In this document: piece by piece, positions 40,069-49,343 of the stretch
Layout: the number at the start of each line of letters is the position of its first letter
How positions within the stretch are numbered: the first letter of the stretch is position 1
Assembly: GCA_963714015.1 (NCBI GenBank)
Contig: OY970223.1
Span: 544,001 to 608,000, forward strand
Direction: 5' to 3'
DNA from: Vulcanimicrobiota bacterium
GTDB lineage: Bacteria; Vulcanimicrobiota; Vulcanimicrobiia; Vulcanimicrobiales; Vulcanimicrobiaceae
Length of the DNA: 64,000 nt
Notes under the pieces: model-generated
The model's input: only the letters and a program-made list of their open reading frames with translations
Told to the model about the DNA's origin: nothing
Databases searched by the model: none
Made by a program: the position numbers and the translations under genes

Positions 40069-41634
40069 ATGGATATCAAACGCCTGCCGTTGATACCGGT
40101 ACTCTGCTACACGCTGCTGCTTATTGCATGGATCGTCGACCTTCTCACGCCGCAGTTGTTCGTAACTGCAATCCTCCTCAACGGCCCGATTGCGCTGAGC
40201 GGATTGGCCCTGAGCCGTCGCCTCACGGCTTCGCTCGTGATTGCCGCCGAGATCGCCAACGTCGTAGCGGGTTTCTTCAACGGTCTGCAGGTCCATCAAT
40301 GGGCGTCCTCGGCGATCGGCGATCGCATTCTGTCGGCGGCGTCGTTTCTGCTGGTGGGCTACCTCACGGCCCGCGCACAAGAATATGCCCGCGACGCGGG
40401 CTCGGCGACGGAACGCGAGCGTATCGCCGCCGGCGAGAAGGCTTTGCGCCGGTCGCTCGAAGCCGTTCGCGCGACACTCAACGTCGAGCTCGTTTTGCGC
40501 GCGATTGCGCGCGAAGGGCAGCGCCTTTTTGATGCGCAGGAAGCGGTCTTGATCGTCCGTTCTTCATCGCTGGACCTGCCGGATTCGTACCGGATCGGCC
40601 GTGAATCGACCGACGTGAAGCTCGGCCGCGCCGCTTTGGATCCCCCGATGGCTTCGATAATCGCGCGAGTAAACGAAGAGGCGCGTCTGATTCGCGAAGG
40701 CGAAGGCGATCCCGTCGGCAATATGCTGCTGGATTCGTACCACGCGAAGTCCGCGCTTTGCGTTCGACTGCGCAGTTCGCAGGACGCCGCCGTACTCTTT
40801 CTCTTCGCGCCGCAGTATTGGCGCAGCGCGGAACGAATGCTTCAGGCCTTTGCCGAGGGCTGTTCGGTAGCGCTGGATCAGGCGCAACTGTTCATGCAGC
40901 TCGGTTATCGCAACGAGCAGGTCGCCGCGCAGCGCGACGCGCTGGAACGCAGCACGCGCGTCATTCGCGATATCGTGTACGCGCTGGCCCACGATTTGCG
41001 GACGCCGCTGGTTGCGACCAACCTGACCATGCAGCAGGCGCTCGAAGGAAAGTACGGACAGCTTCCGGAGCAATACCGCGAGATACTGCGCACGACGCTG
41101 GCCAGCAACCACGACGTTCGACGACTCGTCGACACACTTTTGCTCGTTGCCCGCTTCGAGTCGGGCGAGACCTCGACGCGTTCCGAGCCGGTACGCTTGG
41201 AAGCGCAGGTGGCGCGCGTCCTGGATGAGCTCAAGCCGATTGCGGAAGTGAAAGGCGTGACGCTGCACGCGGACGGCGACCAGGCGACGGTTGACGGAGA
41301 CGACATCGAACTGCGTCGCGCGATCACGAACCTGACGGCGAACGCCATCGAAGCCACGCCAAAGTCAGGAACGGTCGCAGTTCACGTTTCGCAGGCCGAC
41401 GGCGAGGTTCGAGTTGCCGTGGAAGACGACGGCTACGGCGTTCCGCCCGAACGGCGCGCGCAACTGTTCGAACGCTTCGGATCGGTCGATCGAACCGCCG
41501 GAGCGGGGACCGGCCTAGGATTGTACATCGTTCGCCTCATCGCCCAAAAGTACGGGGGGAACGTATCGTATACGCCACGCGAACCGCGCGGAAGCATTTT
41601 CACCATCGCGCTCCCTGCCGGTCAAATCCGATGA
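40069..41634 (+). CDS. Membrane sensor histidine kinase (about 4 TM, GAF-like, HisKA, HATPase)
   Basis: AHDLRTPL, NL..NA, EDDGYG, GTGLGL. Confidence 0.92.
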   Translation: MDIKRLPLIPVLCYTLLLIAWIVDLLTPQLFVTAILLNGPIALSGLALSRRLTASLVIAAEIANVVAGFFNGLQVHQWASSAIGDRILSAASFLLVGYLTARAQEYARDAGSATERERIAAGEKALRRSLEAVRATLNVELVLRAIAREGQRLFDAQEAVLIVRSSSLDLPDSYRIGRESTDVKLGRAALDPPMASIIARVNEEARLIREGEGDPVGNMLLDSYHAKSALCVRLRSSQDAAVLFLFAPQYWRSAERMLQAFAEGCSVALDQAQLFMQLGYRNEQVAAQRDALERSTRVIRDIVYALAHDLRTPLVATNLTMQQALEGKYGQLPEQYREILRTTLASNHDVRRLVDTLLLVARFESGETSTRSEPVRLEAQVARVLDELKPIAEVKGVTLHADGDQATVDGDDIELRRAITNLTANAIEATPKSGTVAVHVSQADGEVRVAVEDDGYGVPPERRAQLFERFGSVDRTAGAGTGLGLYIVRLIAQKYGGNVSYTPREPRGSIFTIALPAGQIR

Positions 41635-42263
41635 ACAAGCCCTCGCGCGTCGTCATCGTCGAAGACCATGCGTTGACGCGCGCAGGTCTGCGCACCTCGC
41701 TGAGCGCCGACTTTAGCGTAGTCGGCGAGGCCCCGGACGGCGCCTCCGGATACGAGGTCATTCTGCGCGAACGGCCCGACGTCGCTGTCATCGACATCGG
41801 GCTGCCGGACGAAGACGGAATCGCATTAACCCAACGCGTGCGCGCGGCGCTGCCGAAGACGCACGTCGTCATCGTGACGATGATCGACTTGGAAGAGCAG
41901 GTGATCGCCGCGCTCGCGGCCGGCGCGGACGCCTACTGTCTAAAGAACAGCGAATCCAAACGAATCGTGGATGCCGTGCGGATAGCGGCAGAGGGGGGCG
42001 CGTATTTCGATCCCCAGATCGCCCACGTCGTGCTGACGCGGTTTTCTCCGCGCGAAGCGTCCGCGCTCGATTCGCCTCTCACCGAGCGCGAGACGGAGAT
42101 CTTGCGACTCATTGCCGAGGGCGCCGGCAACTCGGAGATCGCACAGCGCTTATATATGGGACTGGGGACGGTCAAAGGCCACGTCCGCGATATCATGGAA
42201 AAACTCTCGGCCGCCGATCGGACGCAAGCCGCGGTCGTTGCGCTGCGTAGAGGATATATCTGA
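41631..42263 (+). CDS. NarL/LuxR-family response regulator
   Basis: VEDH, DIGLP..DG, LTERE.EIL..IAEG..N.EIA, TVKGH. Confidence 0.93.
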   Translation: MNKPSRVVIVEDHALTRAGLRTSLSADFSVVGEAPDGASGYEVILRERPDVAVIDIGLPDEDGIALTQRVRAALPKTHVVIVTMIDLEEQVIAALAAGADAYCLKNSESKRIVDAVRIAAEGGAYFDPQIAHVVLTRFSPREASALDSPLTERETEILRLIAEGAGNSEIAQRLYMGLGTVKGHVRDIMEKLSAADRTQAAVVALRRGYI

Positions 42264-42333
42264 AAGAGTCCGCTTCCAAAAAATTGAAGGCAGGTATAAT
42301 GCGAAGGACCGGACTCCTCTCGGTTTCACTACT

Positions 42334-43120
42334 ATGATGTCCATAGACGACGAGGCACTGCTTCATCCGCAGCCGGGACACCACTACTGTCAGTCTGTTC
42401 GAAGCTGACGCACGGCTGCTTGCACGAAACGCAGCCGCGTTCTTGTCCGGTACGCTGCTTTCAAATCAGCATGCAGTCGTCATTGCGGGCTCGTTCAACT
42501 TAACCGCCATCTATCGCGAACTTCAAACGCTCGGCGCCGAACCGCAGAAGGCGTTGCGCGAGTCCCGTCTGCTCCTCATCGACGCGCAGGACATGCTCGA
42601 TCGATTCATGTCCGCCGGCTACCCCGACGCTCGGCGTTTCGACGCAAGCGTCGGCAACTTGGTACGGTCTATCGCTCGGCGCGGCTCCCAGCTGCGCGCA
42701 TACGGCGAGATGGTCGGCGTTCTTTGGAGCCGAGGCGAAGACGCTGCAGCGTTACGGCTCGAGCACCTTTGGAACAAGCTGCGCAAAGAAGTGCCGTTCA
42801 GCTTGTTTTGCGGCTATCCCATCGACGTCTTCGGCGATCATTTTGAGTCGGGCTCCGTCGACGGCCTGCTGAGCGCGCATACCCATCTGCTGTCGGCCGG
42901 GCCCGGTGAATCCGTGCACGCGGCCGTGGCGCGGGCTGTGCAGGAGGTCGTCGGCGACAACGTTTTATCGCCCCCCTCGACCGGCCAAGACCAAGCAACG
43001 GCAACCCTGCCGAAGGGGGAGCGGCTTATCCTATGGGTTCGCAAGAATTTGCCGGAGAAGGCGCCGGAAATTCTCGCTTTGGCAAGGACTTATCAGCAAG
43101 AACTCTCTGCCGCTTCCTGA
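42334..43120 (+). CDS. Stand-alone MEDS (DcmR-like sensory) domain protein (+1 frameshift near 42394)
   Basis: GHHYCQ then LFE in the next frame; RAYGEMV..LW, LE.LWN, LFCGYP. Confidence 0.8.
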
Positions 43121-43297
43121 GGCTTAACGCTCCTCGGAGTGCAGCAGTACCGGCAGCCGCCTACACGCCGCACGGGCATCCTCGTAAAGCAAAGTCCGGT
43201 GAAAGCTCCGTAAAGAAGCGCATTTTCCGCCTATTCCGGCCGTTACTTCAAGCGTTGGGGGAGCCGCGACGGCTACCCCAGAAAGGGGCGCTGACAC

Positions 43298-43771
43298 ATG
43301 AGCAAACTCGCCGGGCTTTTTCTTTTATTGACCCTTCTGTATGGCTGCGGCGGCGCCGGCTATTTGCCATATGCTCCGCACGCGCTCGACCCGACGCAAA
43401 TTCAGGCTCTGGTGAGCGACGCGTCCTCGCGTAACGGCGTTCCGCCGGCTTTGGTGAATGCGGTCGTGATGGCGGAGTCCGCCGGAGATCCCTCGGCGAT
43501 CAGTCCCGCAGGAGCACAAGGCATCATGCAGCTGATGCCCGGCACGTCCCAGTCTTGCGGAATCCAGAATCCCTTCGATGCTCAGCAAAACATGGATTGC
43601 GGCACGCGCTACCTGCGCGGGTTGCTGGCGCGATACGACAATAACGTCGAGCTGGCGGTCGCGGCCTACAACGCCGGACCCGGTGCGGTCGACCATTACC
43701 GCGGCGTTCCGCCCTTTTCCGAAACGCGCGCGTACGTGGCGCGGGTTCTGACCGCTTACCGGAACTACTAG
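43298..43771 (+). CDS. Lytic transglycosylase (SLT domain) lipoprotein
   Basis: Lipobox LYGC, AES, GAQGIMQLMP, AAYNAG, ETR.YV. Confidence 0.92.
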   Translation: MSKLAGLFLLLTLLYGCGGAGYLPYAPHALDPTQIQALVSDASSRNGVPPALVNAVVMAESAGDPSAISPAGAQGIMQLMPGTSQSCGIQNPFDAQQNMDCGTRYLRGLLARYDNNVELAVAAYNAGPGAVDHYRGVPPFSETRAYVARVLTAYRNY

Positions 43772-43784
43772 CCGCAGCGGAAGT

Positions 43785-44939
43785 ATGGCGACAATCAGCG
43801 GAGCTCGCTCGGCGCCGGTCGGTTTGCTCCGCAAATTGCGTCTGCCCATCCTCGACTCATATGTGCTCGCCGAGTTCCTGGGGCCGTTCGCATTTGCGTT
43901 CCTGGCCTTTTTTCTGTTCTGGGGCTTCAATATTTTCTTCTTGGCGGCGAAGTACATCATCCAGCAGAACGCGCCGTTCTTCTTGGTCATGCGCTTTGTC
44001 GCATTCCGCATCCCCCAGTCGATCCCGATGGCTTTTCCCTTCGCCACAATCTTCGCGACGCTGCTGGGCATCGGCCGCCTCATGGCGGACAACGAAATCA
44101 ACGCCATCCGCACCTCCGGCGTATCCCTGTGGCGGCTCTCGCTGACGCCGTTCATTTTCGGCCTCGTCGTCTTTGGTTTCACGTACACGACCAACGAATA
44201 CGTCGCCCCTAAGGCGGTCGATCTCTCGACGCGGACGTTCTACCAGATCATTTATCACACTGCCGCGCTTCCGGTGGAACCGCAGTTCTTTCGCAAGGAT
44301 CCGGATACGGGAAACGTCTTCTTCGTAAGCCAGGTCTTGCCTGATATGAAAACGATGGCGGGCGTGCAGATTTTCAAGCCCGGACGCAGCGGTTATTGGA
44401 ACGAGACGATCCAAGCCAAGACCGCGCACGTGGAAGGCGCGACGCTGGTAATGACCCAGGCCGTGACCACGTTCTACAACGCCGACGGCTTTATGACCGC
44501 TCAGAACACGACGCCCGAGCTGCGCATCGGCCTGCCTCTTGCGGAAAGCGCCGCGCAGTTCATGAGTACCGCCAATAGCGACGCATGGACCATGAACACC
44601 AAGCAGCTCACTCAGCAAGTAAACGCTTTGCGCGATCAGGGCGTCGGCGGCGAGGCTCTTGGGAATCTGGAGATAAATCTCGCCGACAAACTCGCGTTTC
44701 CGTTCTCAGCAGTGGTCAGCGTGCTCATCGCGCTTCCGATGGCCATACGGTTCGGGAAAAAAGGCCGCGCGATGGGAATGGCTTTGGCCATTGTTGCGTT
44801 CTTCGTGTATTACGTCTTGACCGAAGCGGCGTCGGTTTTCGGAAGCACGGGTCACGTTAATCCATACTTCGCATCCTGGCTCCCCAACATCGTCTTCGGT
44901 CTGTCCGGCCTCTGGCTGCTCTGGAGCGACGAACACTGA
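43785..44939 (+). CDS. LptF/LptG-family permease
   Basis: 3 TM, periplasmic domain, 3 TM; NEI.AI..SGVS, WLPN. Confidence 0.9.
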   Translation: MATISGARSAPVGLLRKLRLPILDSYVLAEFLGPFAFAFLAFFLFWGFNIFFLAAKYIIQQNAPFFLVMRFVAFRIPQSIPMAFPFATIFATLLGIGRLMADNEINAIRTSGVSLWRLSLTPFIFGLVVFGFTYTTNEYVAPKAVDLSTRTFYQIIYHTAALPVEPQFFRKDPDTGNVFFVSQVLPDMKTMAGVQIFKPGRSGYWNETIQAKTAHVEGATLVMTQAVTTFYNADGFMTAQNTTPELRIGLPLAESAAQFMSTANSDAWTMNTKQLTQQVNALRDQGVGGEALGNLEINLADKLAFPFSAVVSVLIALPMAIRFGKKGRAMGMALAIVAFFVYYVLTEAASVFGSTGHVNPYFASWLPNIVFGLSGLWLLWSDEH

Positions 44940-47443
44940 AAAAACGCGCGCTGCTGTGCTTGATCGCTTTCATCGGAAGCATCACGCCCACGTTTGCGTC
45001 ATCGTCGACGCCGCGCTGGGACGATCCCGACTCTCAGCGCGTGATGCAGCTGCTCAACGGACAAAGCTGCGCGGTGCGCCTTGGGGACGATTCTCAGAAT
45101 TCGCAGGAAGTCGCGCGCGTTCAGTTTACGCCGACGCCGTTTCCAACGTTTACTCCGGTTCCGACGCCCACGCCCTTTGGTTCCACGCCGACACCTTCCC
45201 CGTCCCCGTCGTTCCCGCCGTTCGGACAGCCGTTCCCGCCGAACGGGAGCCCATACGCCACGCCGTTTCCGCGCGGAACGGGGGTAACGCCGCCGCCCGT
45301 TCCGACACCAACACCGATGGTGCAGGGCACCCCGGGGCCGGTCTATCTCACCCGCTCCTCCGCCCCGCCGTCGATTGCGCCGGCGAACCCGTTCGGCACG
45401 CCCGCGCCGGGCCCGACGCCCAGCGCCGTTCCTACCCTCCCGCCGGGGCATATCGCCGTCATCGCCGACAAAGTCAGCGGCAGCACCAAGAACGGCGTTC
45501 CGGGTGATGCGACCGGAAACGTGCATGTGTTCTATTCGAACGAAGTGCTCGTCGGCGATCGGGCGCATTATGACGGCGTGAAGACGATCACGGTGACCGG
45601 GCATCCGTACATCCTCAACCAAGCGAAAGATTCCGTCTTGTACGCGGACCAGATCGTCTTCGATCTCGTCGCCGAAAAGGCATATTTGTACAAAGGCCGC
45701 GGGGAGAGCACGCAAGGCGTGCAGACCGGACTCGTCTACTATAGCGCCGTCGACATGCACACGGACCAACACGGCGTGGCGCACGGCGACTATACCAGCC
45801 TCACGACGTGCGATAATCCGCGTGCCGGTTATCACGTCACAGGAAAAACGATCGACGTCTACCCCGGCGACAAGATCGTCATAACCAAGGCGATCATGTG
45901 GCTTGGCGCCGCAGCGGTGTTCTTTCTGCCGCGGGTGGTCATTCCGCTGCGCACGGTGAGCGATCAGCGACAGAAGCCGCAGCTGTTCCCCGACATGGGC
46001 TACAACGATCTGCAAGGCTACTACATTCGAACCAAGCTGGGTTTCGGCAAAGACCAATACTATTACGGAACTTACGACGTCGAGTTTTACAGCCGGCAAG
46101 GATTGACGCTGGGCTACAGCGGTCAGATTACCAAGAAGAACGGCAGGCGCGTCACGCAGATCACCGTTCAGCGCGTCGAGAACCACTTGCCCGGCGCCAG
46201 CAATACGACGAATGCGCAGCTCCAGGATCAAGAAAACTTCTCGCAGACGCTCCGCGGGCAACTGGGGTTCAACTACCAAGGCTCCTATGGGCCATACACG
46301 AGTTTTCCGCCGCAAGAGCAGTACTCGACGCAGGTTGCCCACGACACCGCCAAGGACTCACAGTCCTACACGTTCAGCCGCAGTGCGGTTTCGGGGCAGT
46401 CTACGAACGATAACTACGGATTTACGGACACGCGCACGTTTGAAACGGATCTCCAGAACGATTTCAGCGTGGCGCTCACGCACAGCAACACGTACGGAAC
46501 GTTCACGTCATCGAACGCGACCGCAACCTACAGCGATCTGCTGCATTGGGCCAGCCGCGGCGCGGACTACGAGCTGGACTTCGACAAGACGCTTGCGGCC
46601 ACACCGTACGGTTTGAACAAAGAACCCGAACTGACGATTCGGCCGCAAGAATTCTTTCCGCATCTCAGCTTTCCAATCGCTCCCACGTTTACCGTGGGCG
46701 AGTACAACGAACCCGCCACGCCCGAGACGACGCAGCGCGCCGATCTGGCGTTCGACGTGGGACCGGCGCTCTACAACATCTACGGCAACGACCTGAGCGC
46801 CACGCTGAACGTCGACCAGTTCTTATACGGCACCGGCGACGAGAAGGCGAGCATTCAGCAGACGCTCGATCTGACCTCGCCCATCGGACGCCACATGGTC
46901 AATAACGTCACGTACGACGAGGAGAACTTCAACGGTCCGGGCACTGTGCCGTTCTCCACGATCGATCTCCAGGACACGCCCAACACGAAGACCGCAAACG
47001 ACATCCTACGCATCTTCAACGGCGACGTGTACGATCTCTCGCTCAGTTATTCCACGCTCTTCGAGCCGCAGGCCCAGCCGATCTCATACGTTCTGACGAC
47101 TCGCCCCTCGCCGCGATCGTATGCGACCATCAGCGGCACGTTCAATCCCGGACCGGGCAACGGCTTTTACACGACCAACTTTCAAACGATAACGCCCTTC
47201 GGGCGCGACTCCTGGATCAATTTCGCCGGCGACTTCAACTGGAAAGAAGACGGACGGATTGAAAACAAGAGCATCTTTTACAGCCACATCATCGGCGGCT
47301 GTTATGAGTTTCAGCTCCAGTACAACCAGAGCGCCAGCACGGTCAACCTGGCCGTGTTCATCCTCGCATTTCCTACGCAGGCAGCGGAATTCCAGCTGAA
47401 CTCCTCCGGCACGGTGCTTCCCTCGAGTTTCAACGGCATTTAG
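44936..47443 (+). CDS. lptD: LptD/OstA-like outer-membrane assembly protein with Pro/Thr-rich N-terminus
   Basis: ADKVSG/GNV OstA-type repeats, LTTC, C-terminal beta strands. Signal peptide is complete only from CTG 44936. Confidence 0.72.
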   Translation: MKKRALLCLIAFIGSITPTFASSSTPRWDDPDSQRVMQLLNGQSCAVRLGDDSQNSQEVARVQFTPTPFPTFTPVPTPTPFGSTPTPSPSPSFPPFGQPFPPNGSPYATPFPRGTGVTPPPVPTPTPMVQGTPGPVYLTRSSAPPSIAPANPFGTPAPGPTPSAVPTLPPGHIAVIADKVSGSTKNGVPGDATGNVHVFYSNEVLVGDRAHYDGVKTITVTGHPYILNQAKDSVLYADQIVFDLVAEKAYLYKGRGESTQGVQTGLVYYSAVDMHTDQHGVAHGDYTSLTTCDNPRAGYHVTGKTIDVYPGDKIVITKAIMWLGAAAVFFLPRVVIPLRTVSDQRQKPQLFPDMGYNDLQGYYIRTKLGFGKDQYYYGTYDVEFYSRQGLTLGYSGQITKKNGRRVTQITVQRVENHLPGASNTTNAQLQDQENFSQTLRGQLGFNYQGSYGPYTSFPPQEQYSTQVAHDTAKDSQSYTFSRSAVSGQSTNDNYGFTDTRTFETDLQNDFSVALTHSNTYGTFTSSNATATYSDLLHWASRGADYELDFDKTLAATPYGLNKEPELTIRPQEFFPHLSFPIAPTFTVGEYNEPATPETTQRADLAFDVGPALYNIYGNDLSATLNVDQFLYGTGDEKASIQQTLDLTSPIGRHMVNNVTYDEENFNGPGTVPFSTIDLQDTPNTKTANDILRIFNGDVYDLSLSYSTLFEPQAQPISYVLTTRPSPRSYATISGTFNPGPGNGFYTTNFQTITPFGRDSWINFAGDFNWKEDGRIENKSIFYSHIIGGCYEFQLQYNQSASTVNLAVFILAFPTQAAEFQLNSSGTVLPSSFNGI

Positions 47444-47517
47444 CAGACTCTAAAACGGGACACCGCTCGATGGAGCAGAAATAGCGGGGTCCGGGATCAC
47501 TGATGAAAGGACGAGCT

Positions 47518-48136
47518 ATGAAAAGCCGCCCCATTTTCTTACTTTTGGGATTCGTGCTGGCGCTCTCGGCATGCGGCAGCGGTACGGCCGGAGTCTCTCC
47601 GGCGTTTTCCGGTTCTAACCAGACTTGCGTCGCAAAATGCGGCCCCCTCGGGCGTGCCGGACTCTCCTCGGGTGGAGTACTGCAAGTCGACGCACGGCAC
47701 GGTTCAGATGCGCGAAGCCGAATACGGCACGAACGGCAGCAATCCGCTGCCTCTGGCGAATTACGAAACATTCTGCCGCTACACGGCCAAAGCCGACGGA
47801 TCGCGCATCTACATCAATGCCTATTCACTCTACACGAGTCAGCCCACTCTGGCAGTCCTGGCATATCTGGCGAAAGTTCCGAACGGCAGCTGCGAGGGTA
47901 ATCCGGCTTCGTGTTACTGCACGCTGCTCGGCGGAAGCGATCAGTTCGGTGGCACGACGGGTGCCGGAGGCGGCTGGGTTTACAAGACGAGCGTCGATCC
48001 CGTCCTAGAAGCCTGCATCTTTCCCGACATGTCGTCGATCGACTCGTGGGGCTTGATCTATCACGCCAACAACATCATTCGGGGCATCGACCTCTCGAAG
48101 GTCATCAATTACAAGGGGCCCCCGATGCGGAGCTGA
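47518..48136 (+). CDS. Lipoprotein with DUF333-like Cys motif (+1 frameshift near 47620)
   Basis: Lipobox LSAC in frame 1; GNPASCYC..LGG...C.FPD....W in frame 2. Confidence 0.62.
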
Positions 48137-48138
48137 GT

Positions 48139-48300
48139 CTACTGCACGTCGCACGGCGGGTGACCGCAGCCGCAAACCTCCATTTCGATGCCGTTTTCGT
48201 CCGAGTCTTTGCATGCGCTGCTGCAGTACTCTTCCGTTTCGATCTCCGCGGTAAGCACGCAGTTGCATAGGTCGTGGGCGCACTCGATGCTCTGTTGCAT
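48139..48300 (-). CDS. Bacterial metallothionein-like protein (53 aa)
   Basis: CAH..C.C, YCS..C, CGCGH..C; 8 Cys and 2 His. AGGAG RBS. Confidence 0.82.
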   Translation of the reverse strand: MQQSIECAHDLCNCVLTAEIETEEYCSSACKDSDENGIEMEVCGCGHPPCDVQ

Positions 48301-48318
48301 GTTTGCTCCTTACCCAGG

Positions 48319-49140
48319 CTACGGATTATTGATGACTTGGCCGCCTTCTATTTGCGCGCTCTGCGATGACACGCTCGGCCACCCGCCCTGCGCCGTCCAC
48401 GTGCAGTTCGTTACGGACGTAAAGCTGTAGCACGTAGTGGAGGTGCCGACGTCCACGAGAAAACTGAACGTGCTTTTGTCCTGAGGACCTTGAAGGCCCG
48501 GCGCATCGACGATCGTTCCGGTCGTAGGCGAAACGGTCCACCAATTGATCGCCCAAAGCGTACTGGATCCGCAGGGAGAGCCGCCGCCCGGCGAAGCCGA
48601 AGCGGTCGGAGATGAGGACGGCGTCGTACTGGGCGACGACGTGGCGGTGCCGGTCGGACAGGTGGTCGGGGTCGGTGTCGGCGTCGCGACCGACGACGGC
48701 GGCTGGACGAGCACCGCCCGATTGATCGTCAGACAAAATTGCGTGCCCTGCTGATTGCAATTGGTATTTAATACGACGTCCTGCGGGGAATAGCCGATCG
48801 GCGGCAACTGCACGCGAATCGTATGATTTCCGGTACCGATTGCACTGCCGTACGGGTAAATCGTTACGCTGGGCTGCGCGCCGTTCTGGCTGGATACGAT
48901 GATTTCAAAGTCGATGTTTTGATAATTGTAGACTTGCGACGCGTAAAACGGTTCCGGCTCCTGGCCCTCTTGATTGACCACGATCATGTAGACGTTGTTG
49001 GTAAAGTCCAGCTGGCCTTGCGTCGTGAAATTGATCTGCAAAGTACCGAGCTGGCTTGCCCGGTCGGGCGTAACTTGCCGTCCGCACGATGCGAGCGTTA
49101 GCGAGAGCGCAACGAGCGCCAGGATGATTCTACGCAGCAT
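48319..49140 (-). CDS. Lipoprotein with Pro/Thr/Ser-rich linker
   Basis: Lipobox LASC, GGAGG RBS. Confidence 0.78.
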   Translation of the reverse strand: MLRRIILALVALSLTLASCGRQVTPDRASQLGTLQINFTTQGQLDFTNNVYMIVVNQEGQEPEPFYASQVYNYQNIDFEIIVSSQNGAQPSVTIYPYGSAIGTGNHTIRVQLPPIGYSPQDVVLNTNCNQQGTQFCLTINRAVLVQPPSSVATPTPTPTTCPTGTATSSPSTTPSSSPTASASPGGGSPCGSSTLWAINWWTVSPTTGTIVDAPGLQGPQDKSTFSFLVDVGTSTTCYSFTSVTNCTWTAQGGWPSVSSQSAQIEGGQVINNP

Positions 49141-49343
49141 AGGTCCTCCAGGGCCGGTTTTTGCTTTTACCGCGGGCACAGACTCTCCGCTCGAGATTGT
49201 GGACGACGAGCTTGGGAATGACCTTGGGTTCGCCCGCTCCGTGCGCCCCCGCGCCGGTCAACGATCGAAGAACTAGGACGTGAGGCGTCTTGGTTAAATC
49301 TAACCGGCCTTGAGTATACCGGCCGAACGTTCCCAAAATCATC

